A stretch of DNA of 60,891 nt, the filler included, from Hausera hauseri (lineage: Eukaryota): NCBI GenBank assembly GCA_046269625.1. It is 11 parts of 11 records of this genome, joined end to end, with 100 filler letters (N's around TTAATTAATTAA, not from the genome) between each part and the next. Parts side by side here need not be neighbours in the genome. Positions count along the whole stretch, not along the records: positions 1 to 3,946 come from JBJURY010866962.1; positions 4,047 to 8,935 come from JBJURY010402146.1; positions 9,036 to 16,256 come from JBJURY010029781.1; 8 more parts are not named here. The stretch is one strand, 5' to 3'. Below are positions 1 to 11,558 of this stretch, piece after piece; within the stretch, counting starts at the first letter, position 1; each line of letters begins with the position of its first letter. The position numbers and the translations under genes were made by a program. Under the pieces are notes generated by a model. That model saw nothing but the letters and a program-made list of their open reading frames with translations. It did not search any database and had not been told where the DNA came from.

Positions 1-749
1 TTATTAAAAGTATGCGTAATATTACCAACCCCATGCATGTACGTGAAAAGCTTCAGTATTTTTGCCCATGCTGAATATTCGTTGCATATTCTATTCGAAG
101 TCAGTGGTACTTTCATAGAGCGAATGGTATTCAGTAGAAAAGAGCAAAACGTGATCGCGTAAATGTTGATCAGAAACGCATGTTGATATGAATTCAATAT
201 TTAGCCACATTACATATGGTAACAAGAGTAGTATAGTAAGAGCTTAACGGTTTGCATTTTTAAGGATGAGCAAGGCAGGGCAAAAGAAAAACCCAGGAGC
301 AGCATGGAGCAGCCGGGCGACGCGGGCTGCCTGAGAGGGCAAAGTGACGTCGCGAGGTTGGTACCAGGAAATTAGGTCAGGAGGGTCTTATGGGCAGGTG
401 TTCTATAGGTAAAGGCGCCGTATATGCTTTAGGGGTTGTTTATAGTTCTTAGTTATCGTTCTTTTTATGTGTAGTTAGGAGTGATGGGACTCTGGTGTGT
501 TGGGTAGTGTGTTATTTTTATAAGGCTTTTATTAGTGACATGTCGTTAGCCTCGTCATCATCATTCTTTTCTGATTAGTTAGTTAGGGGTGATGGGGCTC
601 TGGTGTGTTGAGTATTGATGTCTTTGTAGTAGTAGATGCTGTATCATCTTTTTGATGATCTCAGCATTTTGATGACGTAATTTCTTTAGTTACATATAGT
701 AAGAGGTGAACGGGGCTGTGGTGGTACCGTGGCTCGAGGCTGGTAGTGT

Positions 750-1560
750 GTTAGGTATCGTGTTTAGGGACATGGAAGGGTCATATTTTCTGTTAATGTT
801 GCGGTTCACAAGGAGGCGGGCGTGGTTTAGGTCGGCTTTTTCGTGTTTAGGGTATGGCAGTGTGATATTTCGATGATAAGTGCAGAATGATGGGGATTTA
901 GGACAGAGTCATCGTGTTTAGTGACAGCTCGGGACACATAAGCGGTGATATTTTCCGTTAAGGGCGTGTTTCTTATTGCTGCAGGTTAGGGTTTAAGTCG
1001 TGTTTAGGGACACATCGGGACATGTAAGGGCGTGTTTCTTATGGCTGCGAACGGTGGTTTAGGTCATGTTTGGGAACAGGCTGGGACATGTAAGGGCGTG
1101 CTTCTCAAGGATGCGGGTGCGGTTTAGGTCGTGTTTAGGGACATGGAAAGGGTGATATTTTCTGGTAAAGTCGTGTTTATCAAGGATGCGGACGTGGTTT
1201 AGGTCGTGTTGTTCGTGTTTAGGGACATGTAAGTGGGGTATTTTTCTCCTAAGGTCGGGGTTCTCAAGGATGCGGGCGTGGTTTAGGTCGTTTTCCTCAT
1301 GTTTCGGGACAGGTCGGGGCATGCAAGGGGTGATATTTTCTGTTAAGGGTGTGTTTCTCGAGTATGCGGGTGCGGTTTAGGTCGTGCTTAGGGACATGTA
1401 AGGGCGATATTTTATGTAATGGGATTATTTCTTATGGCTGCGGGTGGGCGTTTAGGACGTCGTCTTCGTGTTTAGGGACAGGTCGGACCATGTAAGGGCA
1501 TGTTTCTCACGGGTGACGATGGGGATTTAGGTCGTGTTCTTCGTGTTTATGGGCAAGTCG
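750..1560. repeat. Degenerate tandem repeat (~75-85 bp units, GTGTTTAGGGACA / GGTGATATTTT motifs)
   Basis: Recurrent tcgtgtttagggacatg and gggtgatattttc blocks. Minus-strand ORF 1059-1322 shows the repeated peptide VPKH..DLNH.RIL. Confidence 0.85.
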
Positions 1561-1582
1561 GGGCATTCAAGGGTCCAAGGCA

Positions 1583-1951
1583 GACGGAAGAGGGCAGAAT
1601 GGGAGTCATGTGACAGCAAAAGGTGAAGTCAAGATGGCGGCTGAATGGCCCAAGTGGGCAAAGTCAAGCGGAAGTGGGTGGAACAGGAAGCGGGTTCATG
1701 TGACAGCAGAAGGTGAAGTCAAGATGATGGTTGAACTGATTGCGTGAGGAAAGTCGAGCGGAAGAGGGCAGAGCTGGAAGCGGGGTCATGTGACATCAGA
1801 AGGTAAAGTCAGAGGACAGAGTTAGACGGAAGCAAAATGGCGGCTGAACTGTCCGCGTCGGCAAACGATAGTGAGGCTGGCGGAACAGGAATCGGGGTCA
1901 TGTGACGTCAGAAGGCAAAGTCAGAGGGTGGAAGCAAAAATCGCGGTTGAA
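1583..1951. promoter_or_regulatory. Four ~90-bp tandem enhancer-like units with E-box, YY1 and ETS motifs
   Basis: (G/T)TCATGTGAC at 1605, 1695, 1785 and 1897; CAAGATGGCGGC at 1630 and AAAATGGCGGC near 1834; repeated CGGAAG. Regulatory function is inferred. Confidence 0.6.
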
Positions 1952-2127
1952 TCTTGTAACGTTTTTTATTATTATTATAACATTTCATAAGGAAAATTGT
2001 AAAGTTTTTTATTCTAACAGCGCATGCGTGTCATAAAAATCTACCAACAACATTTTTATCGCGTCGCCCCTTAGACGAAGCAAAACACAGAAATATTATT
2101 CTTACCAAACTTATCTAGTAACAATGG

Positions 2128-2326
2128 AACATTCCACTGTTTGTTCATGTACAAAGGCTTCCGCTGTTCACTCAAACAAAACACGGATTTTAACATTCGT
2201 CTAACCAACATTCCAGTGTTTGGCCGTGTACAAAGCCTTCCTTTGTTCACTCAAGCAAAACACGTCTTTTAACTCTCGTCTAACCAACATTCCTGTGTTC
2301 GTCCGTGTACAAAGGCTTCCTTTGTC
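2128..2326. repeat. 79-bp tandem repeat, ~2.5 copies
   Basis: aacattcc..tgt.....gtacaaag.cttcc begins at ~2128, 2207 and 2286. Confidence 0.85.
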
Positions 2327-3014
2327 CCGGGAATCGACCTTTGTCAGTGACAGGTATCAGCAATCACGAGGAACATATTTTCGACAATGACCAATCGTAA
2401 CCTTTGGCAGTGACCTTGATCAGTGACCCATATCAGCAACCACAAGGAAAAGACGTGACATCTGGCACGACTTAGCGTGACGACCAATTGTTAACAACAT
2501 CCAAAATTACACAAAGATTGTTTACGGACGACTTTCGCACTATACAGATACGTTTCCCGTTGTTATCGGACTAAGTTTCCACTAGACGTCCATTAAGTCT
2601 GTTGTTTATGTCTACAACTATATAGTGTAACGACAAGACTTTTGCACTATGCGGCCACGATACCCGTTGTTATAGGGATACGTTTTACACTATACGGGCA
2701 CGACGACCGCACTATAAGGACAACATACGGACATGAAGGCCGTTTGTTAACGACACAAATATGTCTTATACGGACATGAAGTCCGGTTTGTTTACAGCTG
2801 AAAGCCGTTCCTTGTCCATTAACCCGACAAGTTTAGTTGTGGAAACCTTGTCAAAGTCCATTAACGATGGTCGTAACCTAAAGAAATCAACCAAACCGGT
2901 CATCGTTTCTCGATGTCGTTCGCAGACGCGGTCGACGACATGTTCGTTGTCGACACGAACGTTGTTCCGACCAACGACATTTGCTGATGATCTAAGAGGA
3001 AACACGTCGTCAAC

Positions 3015-3545
3015 CACAACACACGATAGTGCTGACTGACAAACGACATTTCCCCAATACAAGTCCAACTTTACCACGACACACGATAGTATGGACTGAT
3101 AAACGACATTTCCCCAATGTAAGTCCAACTTTACCAAGATACACGAACAAACAACATTTCCCCAAACCCAGCAAACTTTCGTTAACTTTCCGATCAACGA
3201 CACACGATGATGATGATAACTAATAAAACATTTCCTCTATACAACTGTCACTACAACTTTACCAAGACACAAAACAACACTACATTTCCCCTATCCAACT
3301 ATCACTTCAACACTAAAAGTACAGAACCGTCAACCAACGGCACACGATGATGATGATGATTTGTAGACAAGCAATGATGATGTTGACTGACAGAACAACA
3401 CAATAAGAGACAAGACACTAAAAAAGCAATATTTCCCTATCCAACATTTCTCCTATACAACTAAAAATACAGAGCCGTCCACCAACGGCACACAATGATG
3501 ATGATGATGATTGGTAGACAAGCAATGGTGATTTTTACTGACAGA
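3015..3545. repeat. 60-bp and ~150-bp degenerate tandem repeats
   Basis: aaacgacatttccccaat..aagtccaactttacca repeats at 60-bp spacing; the ctaaaa.tacaga.ccgtc.accaacggcacac block repeats at ~3313 and ~3461. Confidence 0.75.
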
Positions 3546-3599
3546 ACAACATGATGTAATAACTCCCATGGCCTTGGAATAACTGGGCCATCACAGGTG

Positions 3600-3946
3600 A
3601 ATGAAGATGCGATAAATTGCTTTCCACAAAGAAAAATTAGATATGAGCTGGACTTTCCACCAACACAACAAGAAGTCATCCAAGCAGTCAAGCGTCTCTC
3701 CTGTGGAAAAGCCGCAGGTTCGGATGCCATCCCAGCTGAAGTGTACAAATAGAGTCGATGCTCTCTTACAAAAGCTCACTGACCTGTTCCAGAATTTCTG
3801 ATCAAACGGGGTACTACTCCAGGACTTTAAAGAGGCATCGATAGTACAATCTGTATAAGCACAACAACAAAAAAAAAAAGGGGGGGGGGGAGACGTCAAC
3901 GCTGTGATAACTACAGAGGTATATCTCTCTTGATTGTTGTCGGAAA
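3600..3946 (+). mobile_element. RTE-clade LINE reverse-transcriptase fragment (pseudo)
   Basis: Across frameshifts it translates to ELDFPPTQQEVIQAVKRLSCGKAAGSDAIPAEVYK...QDFKEASIV..LYK...CDNYRGISLL, the pre-RT/RT domain-0 signature of RTE LINEs. Confidence 0.85.
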
Positions 3947-4046
3947 NNNNNNNNNNNNNNNNNNNNNNNNNNNNNNNNNNNNNNNNNNNNTTAATTAATT
4001 AANNNNNNNNNNNNNNNNNNNNNNNNNNNNNNNNNNNNNNNNNNNN
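3947..4046. other. Artificial contig-joining spacer (44N-TTAATTAATTAA-44N); first of ten
   Basis: The same 100-nt spacer occurs at 3947-4046, 8936-9035, 16257-16356, 23045-23144, 29493-29592, 33998-34097, 39374-39473, 44539-44638, 49793-49892 and 56286-56385. The core gives stop codons in all six frames. Confidence 0.97.
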
Positions 4047-4700
4047 CCGTTTGGAAAGATAATATGTCCGAGGAAATTAACGCGTTTCTGAAAGAAGTTA
4101 CATTTCGCAAAATTTATCTGTAGATTGAACTGGTTAAGTCGTTTGAAAATAGATCGTAGGTGTTCCTCGTGTTGTTTAACAGAAGAGGCGACCAAGATAT
4201 CGTCAATATATGGATGCGCGAAAGTGAAGTCTGAAAGGATTAAATCGATGTGTCGCTGAAAAATCTGCGCGGCATTCCGGAGACCAAAAAGCATATACAA
4301 GTACTAATAAAGACCAAATTGTGTGGTAACTGCCGTTTTCTCGATGTCTTCCGGTGCGACAGGAATTGGGTAATAAGCTTTGGCCAAATCAATTTTTGAA
4401 TAGACTGAAGTAGTATTAAGCCAATGTAATATGTCTTTGATTAATAGTAGTTAATATGCGTTTATTACGGTTAAAGTATTAAGCTGGCGGTAATCGCCGC
4501 ATGGTCGGAAAAATCCATCTTTTTCTGTACAACGTGGAGAGGCGAAGACCATGGGGATTTAGATCTACAAACAATACCTAATTGTTCGAGTTCTAAAAAT
4601 TCCGCCTCTACTGCCTGGCTGCAACGAGGTGACAATAGACGAACCTTTTGTTGAATTGGTCTTTGGTGTCGTGTAATTATATAGTGGTAAATGCCGTTTA
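4047..4700 (-). pseudogene. pol: Gypsy reverse transcriptase (frameshifted)
   Basis: ORFs 4471-4890 and 3995-4300 carry SPWSSPLHVV, FGLRNAAQIFQRHID, PYIDDILVAS and KC.FFQKRVNFLGH. Confidence 0.92.
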
Positions 4701-5414
4701 CATAAATGAAATTCCGATCTTTTTGAAGAATACAAGGACAAGAAGTATTGATGAATCGTTGTAAATTTACGGGTAGTTGCTGGAATATTAGAAGTAACAA
4801 TGAACCGATGTTGCTAGCAGTACTTGGTGAATGTTGCTTGATTGTTAGTGGGAAATCGAGTGGAATTTGGTGTAGAATGGTCGTGTCCAAGACCTTACTT
4901 GAGTAAGTGGTGTTGTTTAGTGATTTTATTAAAGATACAAGATTGTGAGAGTCAACATTGAGCTGTGACTAACTATCGACATTATACTTTGAAAGCTTAC
5001 GAGGTAAAACGTGATAGTTAAGAGGATTAGTATGCGGTATTGACTGTTTTAAAATTTATTGTCTACATACCGTTGAGTGTGCTGTCGTCAGGGTGCTGCC
5101 TATTTTTGTACTACAGTCTTCAGGTGTATTTGATTTCAGGCATCGTTGGTTACAATCGACTAGCAAGTTATAGTGTGACAGGAAATCGGAGTCAAGTATT
5201 GCCGTCTAGACGTTAGCGATTGTAAACGTCCAATGAAATGGTGAGGAAAAATTTGAGAGAGTGAAAGGTAATTTGCAAGTTCCGGCAATATGAAGGGGTT
5301 GACCGGAGGCGGTGTATAACGGTTTTGTTTTAAGTGAAGAATGCTGAACCGGAAAAAAGTGATAATAATGAGATGGCTTCACCGATATTGATGAGAAAGT
5401 CTATGGATTGAATG

Positions 5415-6692
5415 TTAGAAGTGGAGATAGCAGCTTTTAGTGTAAAGACTGCAAAAGAAGTGTGTCGGCAAGAATAATTGGGTAAGTTGCCTTTGCCAGA
5501 TTCTGCCGTGAATACTGGCGGCGAAATCAGGTTTTTGAATTGGTGAATTGGGACGGTTAATGTTAGAGAAACGGGAACGTCTATCAGTGGTGTAGTTATA
5601 GTTAGTTTTATAGTTACAGCCTGAAATACAATTCAGAGCATTAGATCCAAATTTTGCATGATAGATGCAAACAATGTTATCCGAGTGCAGATGTGAGGAA
5701 TAATATTTACACCCTAAACAGCATTTATTTGCTTTGTTTGGCGGCGCTGGTGACGATGTTCGATTTCTTGAAACAGAACGCGTGTGGTGGGGAACGGAAA
5801 CATTCCGTCGATGAGAGGAAAGGTCGTTAGGCTTATCATTGATGTTATGGATTGTATGTTGTAGTGCCTCATTTTTGGCGTGTAATTGGTTAAATTGATG
5901 TTCGATAGATGTATATCGTTGATTGTCATCGGTCGTGATTGCGGCTGATATGATGGGCTGTGATTGTATTTGTAAAGCCACATGTGCTTTATCGGCCAAT
6001 TCAGCTAGTTTATCTAAAGCTGTCGAATCCTTAACAACGGTAAGTAAAGCCTTAATTTGAATGGGTAAAGCATTAAGGAAATATCGGCGGAGTAGATCCG
6101 GATTGTGTTCCTTGGCGACACCCAGGGTACGTAAGTGAGCCAACGAGGTGCGTAAGAAATCACTAGGTTTTTGTGTCCCCATTGCGTTTTTATTAAAGAA
6201 TCCTTGTATTATCGAGTCAATTGGCGGTTCTGTTAGTTTTAATACAGCATTGAACAATTGCGTGTAAGGGTCAGGGTGTTGAAAAATGTCCAGTAAGTTA
6301 TTGATTGAGGTCTTCATGGAGTTTTGTAGAATGTAGAGTAGATTATGAGCTTTGGTTAACAAGTCGGTAATGCCGTTGGATTGTAGCCAAAGTTGACGGA
6401 AGTGAAGCCAAGTCTTACTAGAGTTTCCATTGTCTGTAAAATATTCAGAGTAATGTGAAGGTGTAATTGTAGGGGTTTTGTGAGAAAAACTAGTATCGGT
6501 TGAAGGAGGTAGATGGTTTGATTTTGGGTAGTAGACAATGGATTCGGGTTTTGTGGTCACCTTATCTGTGATGTCACTGGTTGGTGAAGAAATCATAGCG
6601 CTGCGGATTCTAGGGTGGATGTGTATACAGAGGTAGTATTGTGAGGACATGATGTGTGGGAGGTCAGTTAAAATGAATCCTTTGTGAGTCAT
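5415..6692 (-). CDS. gag: Gypsy Gag (CHCC nucleocapsid motif) with N-terminal ubiquitin-like remnant
   Basis: MGTQKPSDFLR...FLNALP.QIK..L...LDKLAELAD capsid motif and CIYHAKFGSNALNCISGC. The frame stays open upstream to ~6812. Confidence 0.88.
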   Translation of the reverse strand: MTHKGFILTDLPHIMSSQYYLCIHIHPRIRSAMISSPTSDITDKVTTKPESIVYYPKSNHLPPSTDTSFSHKTPTITPSHYSEYFTDNGNSSKTWLHFRQLWLQSNGITDLLTKAHNLLYILQNSMKTSINNLLDIFQHPDPYTQLFNAVLKLTEPPIDSIIQGFFNKNAMGTQKPSDFLRTSLAHLRTLGVAKEHNPDLLRRYFLNALPIQIKALLTVVKDSTALDKLAELADKAHVALQIQSQPIISAAITTDDNQRYTSIEHQFNQLHAKNEALQHTIHNINDKPNDLSSHRRNVSVPHHTRSVSRNRTSSPAPPNKANKCCLGCKYYSSHLHSDNIVCIYHAKFGSNALNCISGCNYKTNYNYTTDRRSRFSNINRPNSPIQKPDFAASIHGRIWQRQLTQLFLPTHFFCSLYTKSCYLHF

Positions 6693-7000
6693 ATAGAAAT
6701 CATTGAAGGTGGTTGCTTTATGAATGAGGTCATATAATTGTATTGTGTAGATACATTGTGTTATATGTGCAGTATGTATTAATTTATTATTAACAAAAAG
6801 GTGGATGGAAAGTTACGGTGATAAACGCCAAGATGAGTAGCGTGGTATCTTCATATATATCGTCTCGTGTCTTGTAGCTGTTGAATGATCCGTCGAAAAC
6901 ATGGTTCTGTCCCAGCCGGTCCCAATTATCGAGACAGGTTTGACTCCAATAGTGAACCCTTTTGCAAGTGTGATAAGACCCAAAACGTTACTTTTTGCGA

Positions 7001-7230
7001 TTAATTCGATTGCTTTCGCGTCAAGAATTTTTTGAAAGCATCTAAAATTCTATCTCCTTCGTAATTGGTAACTTTGTCTGAATCTCTAGGGAAGTATTCA
7101 ACAGCAGGAAAACCTTGAATGATGGTTCCTTCGACTCCATTAGCAGTAGTACCCACTATTTCGGTGCTTGTACCAGAATGATTTTTATAAATTTCACCCA
7201 GAAAATCCCAAAAGTGATGGATCTTTGGAT
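7001..7230 (-). pseudogene. Protein disulfide isomerase C-terminal thioredoxin (a') fragment fused in frame to the SLC4 fragment
   Basis: FWDFLGEIYKNH...TANGVEGTIIQGFPAVEYFPRDSDKVTNYEGDRILDAFKKFL resembles PDI IWDKLGETYKDH...[20 protein letters not shown]...DYNGERTLDGFKKFL; there is no CGHC. Confidence 0.75.
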
Positions 7231-7379
7231 TCATAGTTTTAACAGTTTTAACGACGACTTCTGATTTCATTTTCTGAATGTACTGAGGACGGAATAAATA
7301 CTGTTGATTCAAATTCGACTTTGCAATGCTTTCCATGTCTGTCACGATAATTTTTTCAGCTGGTTTTTTACCTTCATAC

Positions 7380-8600
7380 AATTTAACCTTGTGTTTCTTA
7401 TCCATCTTGGATAAATGAGTATTCATCTTAGGCCATAATGGCAAAATGTAGCATCTGATAATTATATATACTCCATAGGCAAGTGGAAAAAAATGTATCC
7501 GTAGATATGGAGTAAATTGTTCCAGAGTATACAAAATACAAATGGGAGCACGAAAGATAGACTGTAGAGAAACAAGTATAGCGATACGAAAAGCTGGGAA
7601 GCTCTTTAGATAATCAAATTCACCCCTATGTGTCTTTGCTTGAAACAGATATACTAATCGCTGAAAATTAACCAATTCCCGAATGCCCATAACTCCCATG
7701 TAAAGGAACATACCGTACATAGATGCCTATGGAATGTATTGCAAAATAGATCCAAGAAAAATGGAGCAAATCGTTAACAAGCCAGCCAACATTCCAGAAA
7801 TTCTTTGTTCTGTAGTTAAGCTTAATCTTGTAGGTAGTCCTGGTTTAATTGGCCTCCATTTTGACATGGCAGTACAATGGACACTATTTCTAACTAATGC
7901 GTTAGATATGTAGGGCCATCCAAGAAATCCATAAACAAGAGGGAAGAAGACCAATACTAAGAAAAAGTTGATAGAACTTAAACTTGGTTTACCAGTTTTC
8001 TATCAATTTTGCTTGCGTTAATTGTATTTGTTGAACATTCTGTTAGAAAAATTGTGAACATACTAATAACGATCAAAAGGCAGTATCCATGGGTAGTTTT
8101 GCTGGCGAGCATCATATCGGTAAAATTTGGAATATTGAACCAGGTACTGAAATTAATGATACTAACTGGCGGAATATTTAGCGTAGTTATATTGTATTGT
8201 TTAAAAAATATCCAGTTCAGTGTCACAACAAGGATTATTCCAAGACGAACATTGAGAGGTCCAATCAAATTTCTTAACTGTCGAAGAAGATAGAAACCTC
8301 TCTTTATTTGTACCAAAATAACACAAAAATTGACCATGATAAAAGCTAAGCACAACGTCACACCGCCTTGGCCGAATTAGAACAATTGGTTCGTAATAAT
8401 CGTAGTATTTGTTGTATTAAAATTAGGTGTATCAAATGGAAGAGCCTTAAACATACTGAGCAATGATGAGAGTATGTAGACCATACCAACGAAACAGTTA
8501 TAGTTTTCCTCGAATGACCGTCGAAAATGTTTCATTACTATACTTCTATTAAAAACCATAAATAACAATCGAAGACATGCTGCATAAATGCCAATAGCAG
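7380..8600 (-). pseudogene. SLC4/Band 3 bicarbonate-anion transporter transmembrane region, interrupted by stops and frameshifts
   Basis: Motifs FLTE..T..I....RKL, GFLGWPY, EQRISGML, SILQYIP*..MYGMFLYMGV and YLKSFPAFRI match the HCO3_cotransp C-terminal half. Confidence 0.85.
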
Positions 8601-8608
8601 CGGAAAAA

Positions 8609-8935
8609 TGGGGATACTATCCCACTTCCCGGGGGTGTGCGCGTCGATAAATCGATAGAGCACATGTGCTAATCGATAGTGCACACGGAGCACTATCGAT
8701 CGGTAGTGTTAGGCGACGGTGCAACTAGGCACCTTTGCTAAGGTCACTTTGCACATTAGTAGTTGGAAGGGAGGACTTCGCACCAACCCCCCCCCAGGGA
8801 AGGAAAAAAACCAATAGGAGGAGAACACGTCATGGAGGGGAAGGAAAACTGGCGAATTGGAAGAGGACACGTCATCGGGGGGAAGGAAGTAAGCCAATAG
8901 GAGTAGAGGACCAATCAGAGAGCATTGGTGCCAAT
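8609..8935. promoter_or_regulatory. GC-rich promoter/LTR-like segment: hairpins, CCAAT boxes, ACGTCA motifs
   Basis: Perfect 11-bp inverted repeat ATCGATAGTGC (8672-8682)/GCACTATCGAT (8690-8700); palindrome AGCACATGTGCT; four CCAAT and two ACACGTCAT in ~40-bp repeats. Confidence 0.45.
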
Positions 8936-9035
8936 NNNNNNNNNNNNNNNNNNNNNNNNNNNNNNNNNNNNNNNNNNNNTTAATTAATTAANNNNNNNNN
9001 NNNNNNNNNNNNNNNNNNNNNNNNNNNNNNNNNNN

Positions 9036-10559
9036 TTTGACTTCGGTTATCATAGGTTCGGGTTTGACCTTCTGAGGTACTTGGTTCGATTTATTGGTTT
9101 TTATCCTTTAGCTTCTCGTCTTTTCTTTTGTTCTTGAATACGTAGTTGTAAATAGATAGCATTTTCTTGGACTGGGGCTTTTCTTCTAATTTCTGTTTCT
9201 TTATTATTGTTTCCGGACTCAATTCTTCTTTGTGTTCTTCTAGAGACTGACGTTCTATTGAGCATTTTGTTTCCTTTTCCGATCGCTTGTAATTCCGTTT
9301 TATTTTCCTCTTGTCCTTCCATAGGTTTTTGCACGGTGATCGTAAGACTATGCCTGCCCCTTGATTGCACAATTCTGATCGAAGAATAGGGTTTTATATT
9401 TCTTCTATATTTTGCATCTATTTGTTCGGGCTTCAGGGAACTGCGTAAATTGTAAGTGGAGTTTCTAGGGGCCCATTCATGTTCCCACTTTAATGGTTTA
9501 TAAATTTCTTGCAAATATTTGCATCGTTGGCTAGCCGTTAGAAGTCTAAAATTCTACTCGAGTCATTGCTCATTGCTTCGATCATTAGCTTAAAGAAGGC
9601 TTCTGGAGCGGTTGGTCGATTTCTTCCTTGTACGGTTTTCTCCATTCGTTCTTGGATTATTGGGTGGGTGGCCATTTCCCTAATTCCGGCAATATTTGCA
9701 TCGGATATTTTTAATAACTCGATTGATCGTTGTACGTTATATCCTGTCAAAATACAAACATAAAGACAATGATCCAATTCTGAACGGACTTGTTTAATGT
9801 CCTTTCCTCTTATGAGCTGCTCTTTTTTTAAATCGGTCACTCCTGCATACGAGTCTTGGACACGTTTTCGGGGGTTTATGACTGTAGAGTATATTTCGAC
9901 CCCATCTCTCTTTAATAGATACTTCTATGGGTATTCCATACTTATAATCTCCTCTACCACAGTCTATCGCGATGATTCTTACGTTGCGACCATCTTTGAC
10001 TAGTCTATATGATTGGCGATGTTCATCCTTTTGTTTTAGTTGGAATTTACTCAAATTCTAGGGGCGGCACATGTAAGTTACAATCTTCTCTGTGGGTTAC
10101 TTTGATCATAATTTTGACAGGAAGGGCGGCTACTCTAAATTCTAGGCCGTAGTTGATGTGTTCTAAACCTCTTCCATTTATTATAAATGTACTGAACCGG
10201 TATTGATGTCCTTCGATGGAGTTCCAGGGTTAGTTTCCTATTCTATAATATATTTCTCTGTCGGCTAAATGGATGTATATGTCTTGAATTTTGGCTAGTT
10301 TGTTTCGGATTAAATCCTTTAGAGAATATGCATTAGCTTGGTTATCTTCGCGCATTGCGTAAAGGAAGACTGTGCGATTTTCCTCTGTAATACCTTTTAG
10401 ATCATTGGGAATTTCGTTGGTATTCAAAAATTCGGCATAGGTTTTTGCTTGTAATGCTTCAATTATCCTTCTATAGATATATTTTGCGTTTGGAATAAAC
10501 ACTGCAACTTGTCTCCGTAAATACGCATCGATGCTAATTCGGCTATCTGCACTTACCAT
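9036..10559 (-). pseudogene. Orphan ORF, homologue (copy 1) of the RING-terminated ORF at 26873-29301
   Basis: Shares NE.PNDLKG.TE.NRTV, IHLAD.E.YYRI, YGLEFRVAALPVK, IAG.RE.ATHP..Q.RMEKTVQGRN.PTAPEAFFK and KPEQID.KYRR with the second copy; truncated by the contig end. Confidence 0.8.
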
Positions 10560-10582
10560 TCTGAAAAAGCAAAAAATAAGGG

Positions 10583-11558
10583 TTTAGAAGCTTTATATCG
10601 GGCAAGAGCTTTGTATAGGTCGCACAATAAAATTACTAAAATGCAGTCGATAAAACAACTGGTGAAAACGTGGGAAAGAAAAACTTCAGATTATAAGGTT
10701 TACTTTAACAAATATAGGTTGACGGAGTGATCTCAACGTCGTGTGTAGGTGGAGTTGTACTCGACACCGTGTATGAAGTTAGCGGAGATGTCCTCGACGC
10801 CATGGTGTATTTGGTTTATGTTGTTTCGTCTGTTTTGAGGCAACATTTCCGTGGATCTTCATTTCGGTTGTCGTTGTCATCGTCACGGCTGCAGCTGTCG
10901 CTGTTTGGTTGTTTTGTTTTTGCATCGCATGTAGTCATCAGTAGAAAAGCTAAATGAATATAAGAATGTTAAAGAAATTCATCGGGAAATTATCTGCGTT
11001 CATATCTGCATTCATTCGATTGAATTTGAATTTGATCTCTGATAATGACGATGGGAATTACTGTTGACAATTGAACAGGTTTGTCCACAATGTGAAAACG
11101 ATGAGGTATTTATGACGGTATGACCGACAGAAATCGTGTGCTAATGAGCTTTCGTCAGTTGTGAGGAGACCACGTGACGTAGTCAAGCCGATGGACAAGT
11201 TCCATAACGAATTGATAAATGATGGGCTTGTCGTAATTTCAGTAATTGCCATCGTCAATAATCAGTATCGCTGAATCATCGAGTAGATTGGGTAACGTCG
11301 GCAGATCGACCGTTCTATTTGTTATCGGTAATGACGACGATGTTGCAGCGGCGTCTGCGGCTGACGACGACGATGTCAACGATGCGGATTTAGTGAAGTT
11401 GTGGATTTCCCCTTTTTTGAAAAGTTCAACTCTACTACTGATCTGTGGATTTAAACAAACGGCTTTAAATCCAAAGGGTTTTGTTAATGATTATACCTAT
11501 GGGCGATTTCGTGACTTTTTAGTATTTGAATGTTTTTGATCTTTGATTTTGTAAAGCA
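10583..11558. repeat. ~970-bp dispersed direct repeat, copy 1
   Basis: Aligns by eye along its whole length with 14548-15517, e.g. aattactaaaatgcagtcgataaaacaactggtgaaaacg and ttgaaaagttcaactctactactgatctg. Confidence 0.92.

Larger units (their letters stand above)
4047..6850 (-). mobile_element. Ty3/Gypsy LTR retrotransposon (CsRn1-like), copy A, degenerate gag-pol
   Basis: gag with a CHCC knuckle; RT motifs WSSPLHVVQKK, FGLRNAAQIFQR and YIDDILVAS; cut off by the contig end. Confidence 0.9.

Noticed and set aside
750-3545. CRISPR-like repeat-spacer array
   Set aside because: The units are degenerate along their whole length with no unique spacers, there are no cas genes, and the context is eukaryotic.
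3991-4002. TTAATTAATTAA as a biological palindrome
   Set aside because: It is always centred in exactly 44+44 Ns, so it is an assembly linker.
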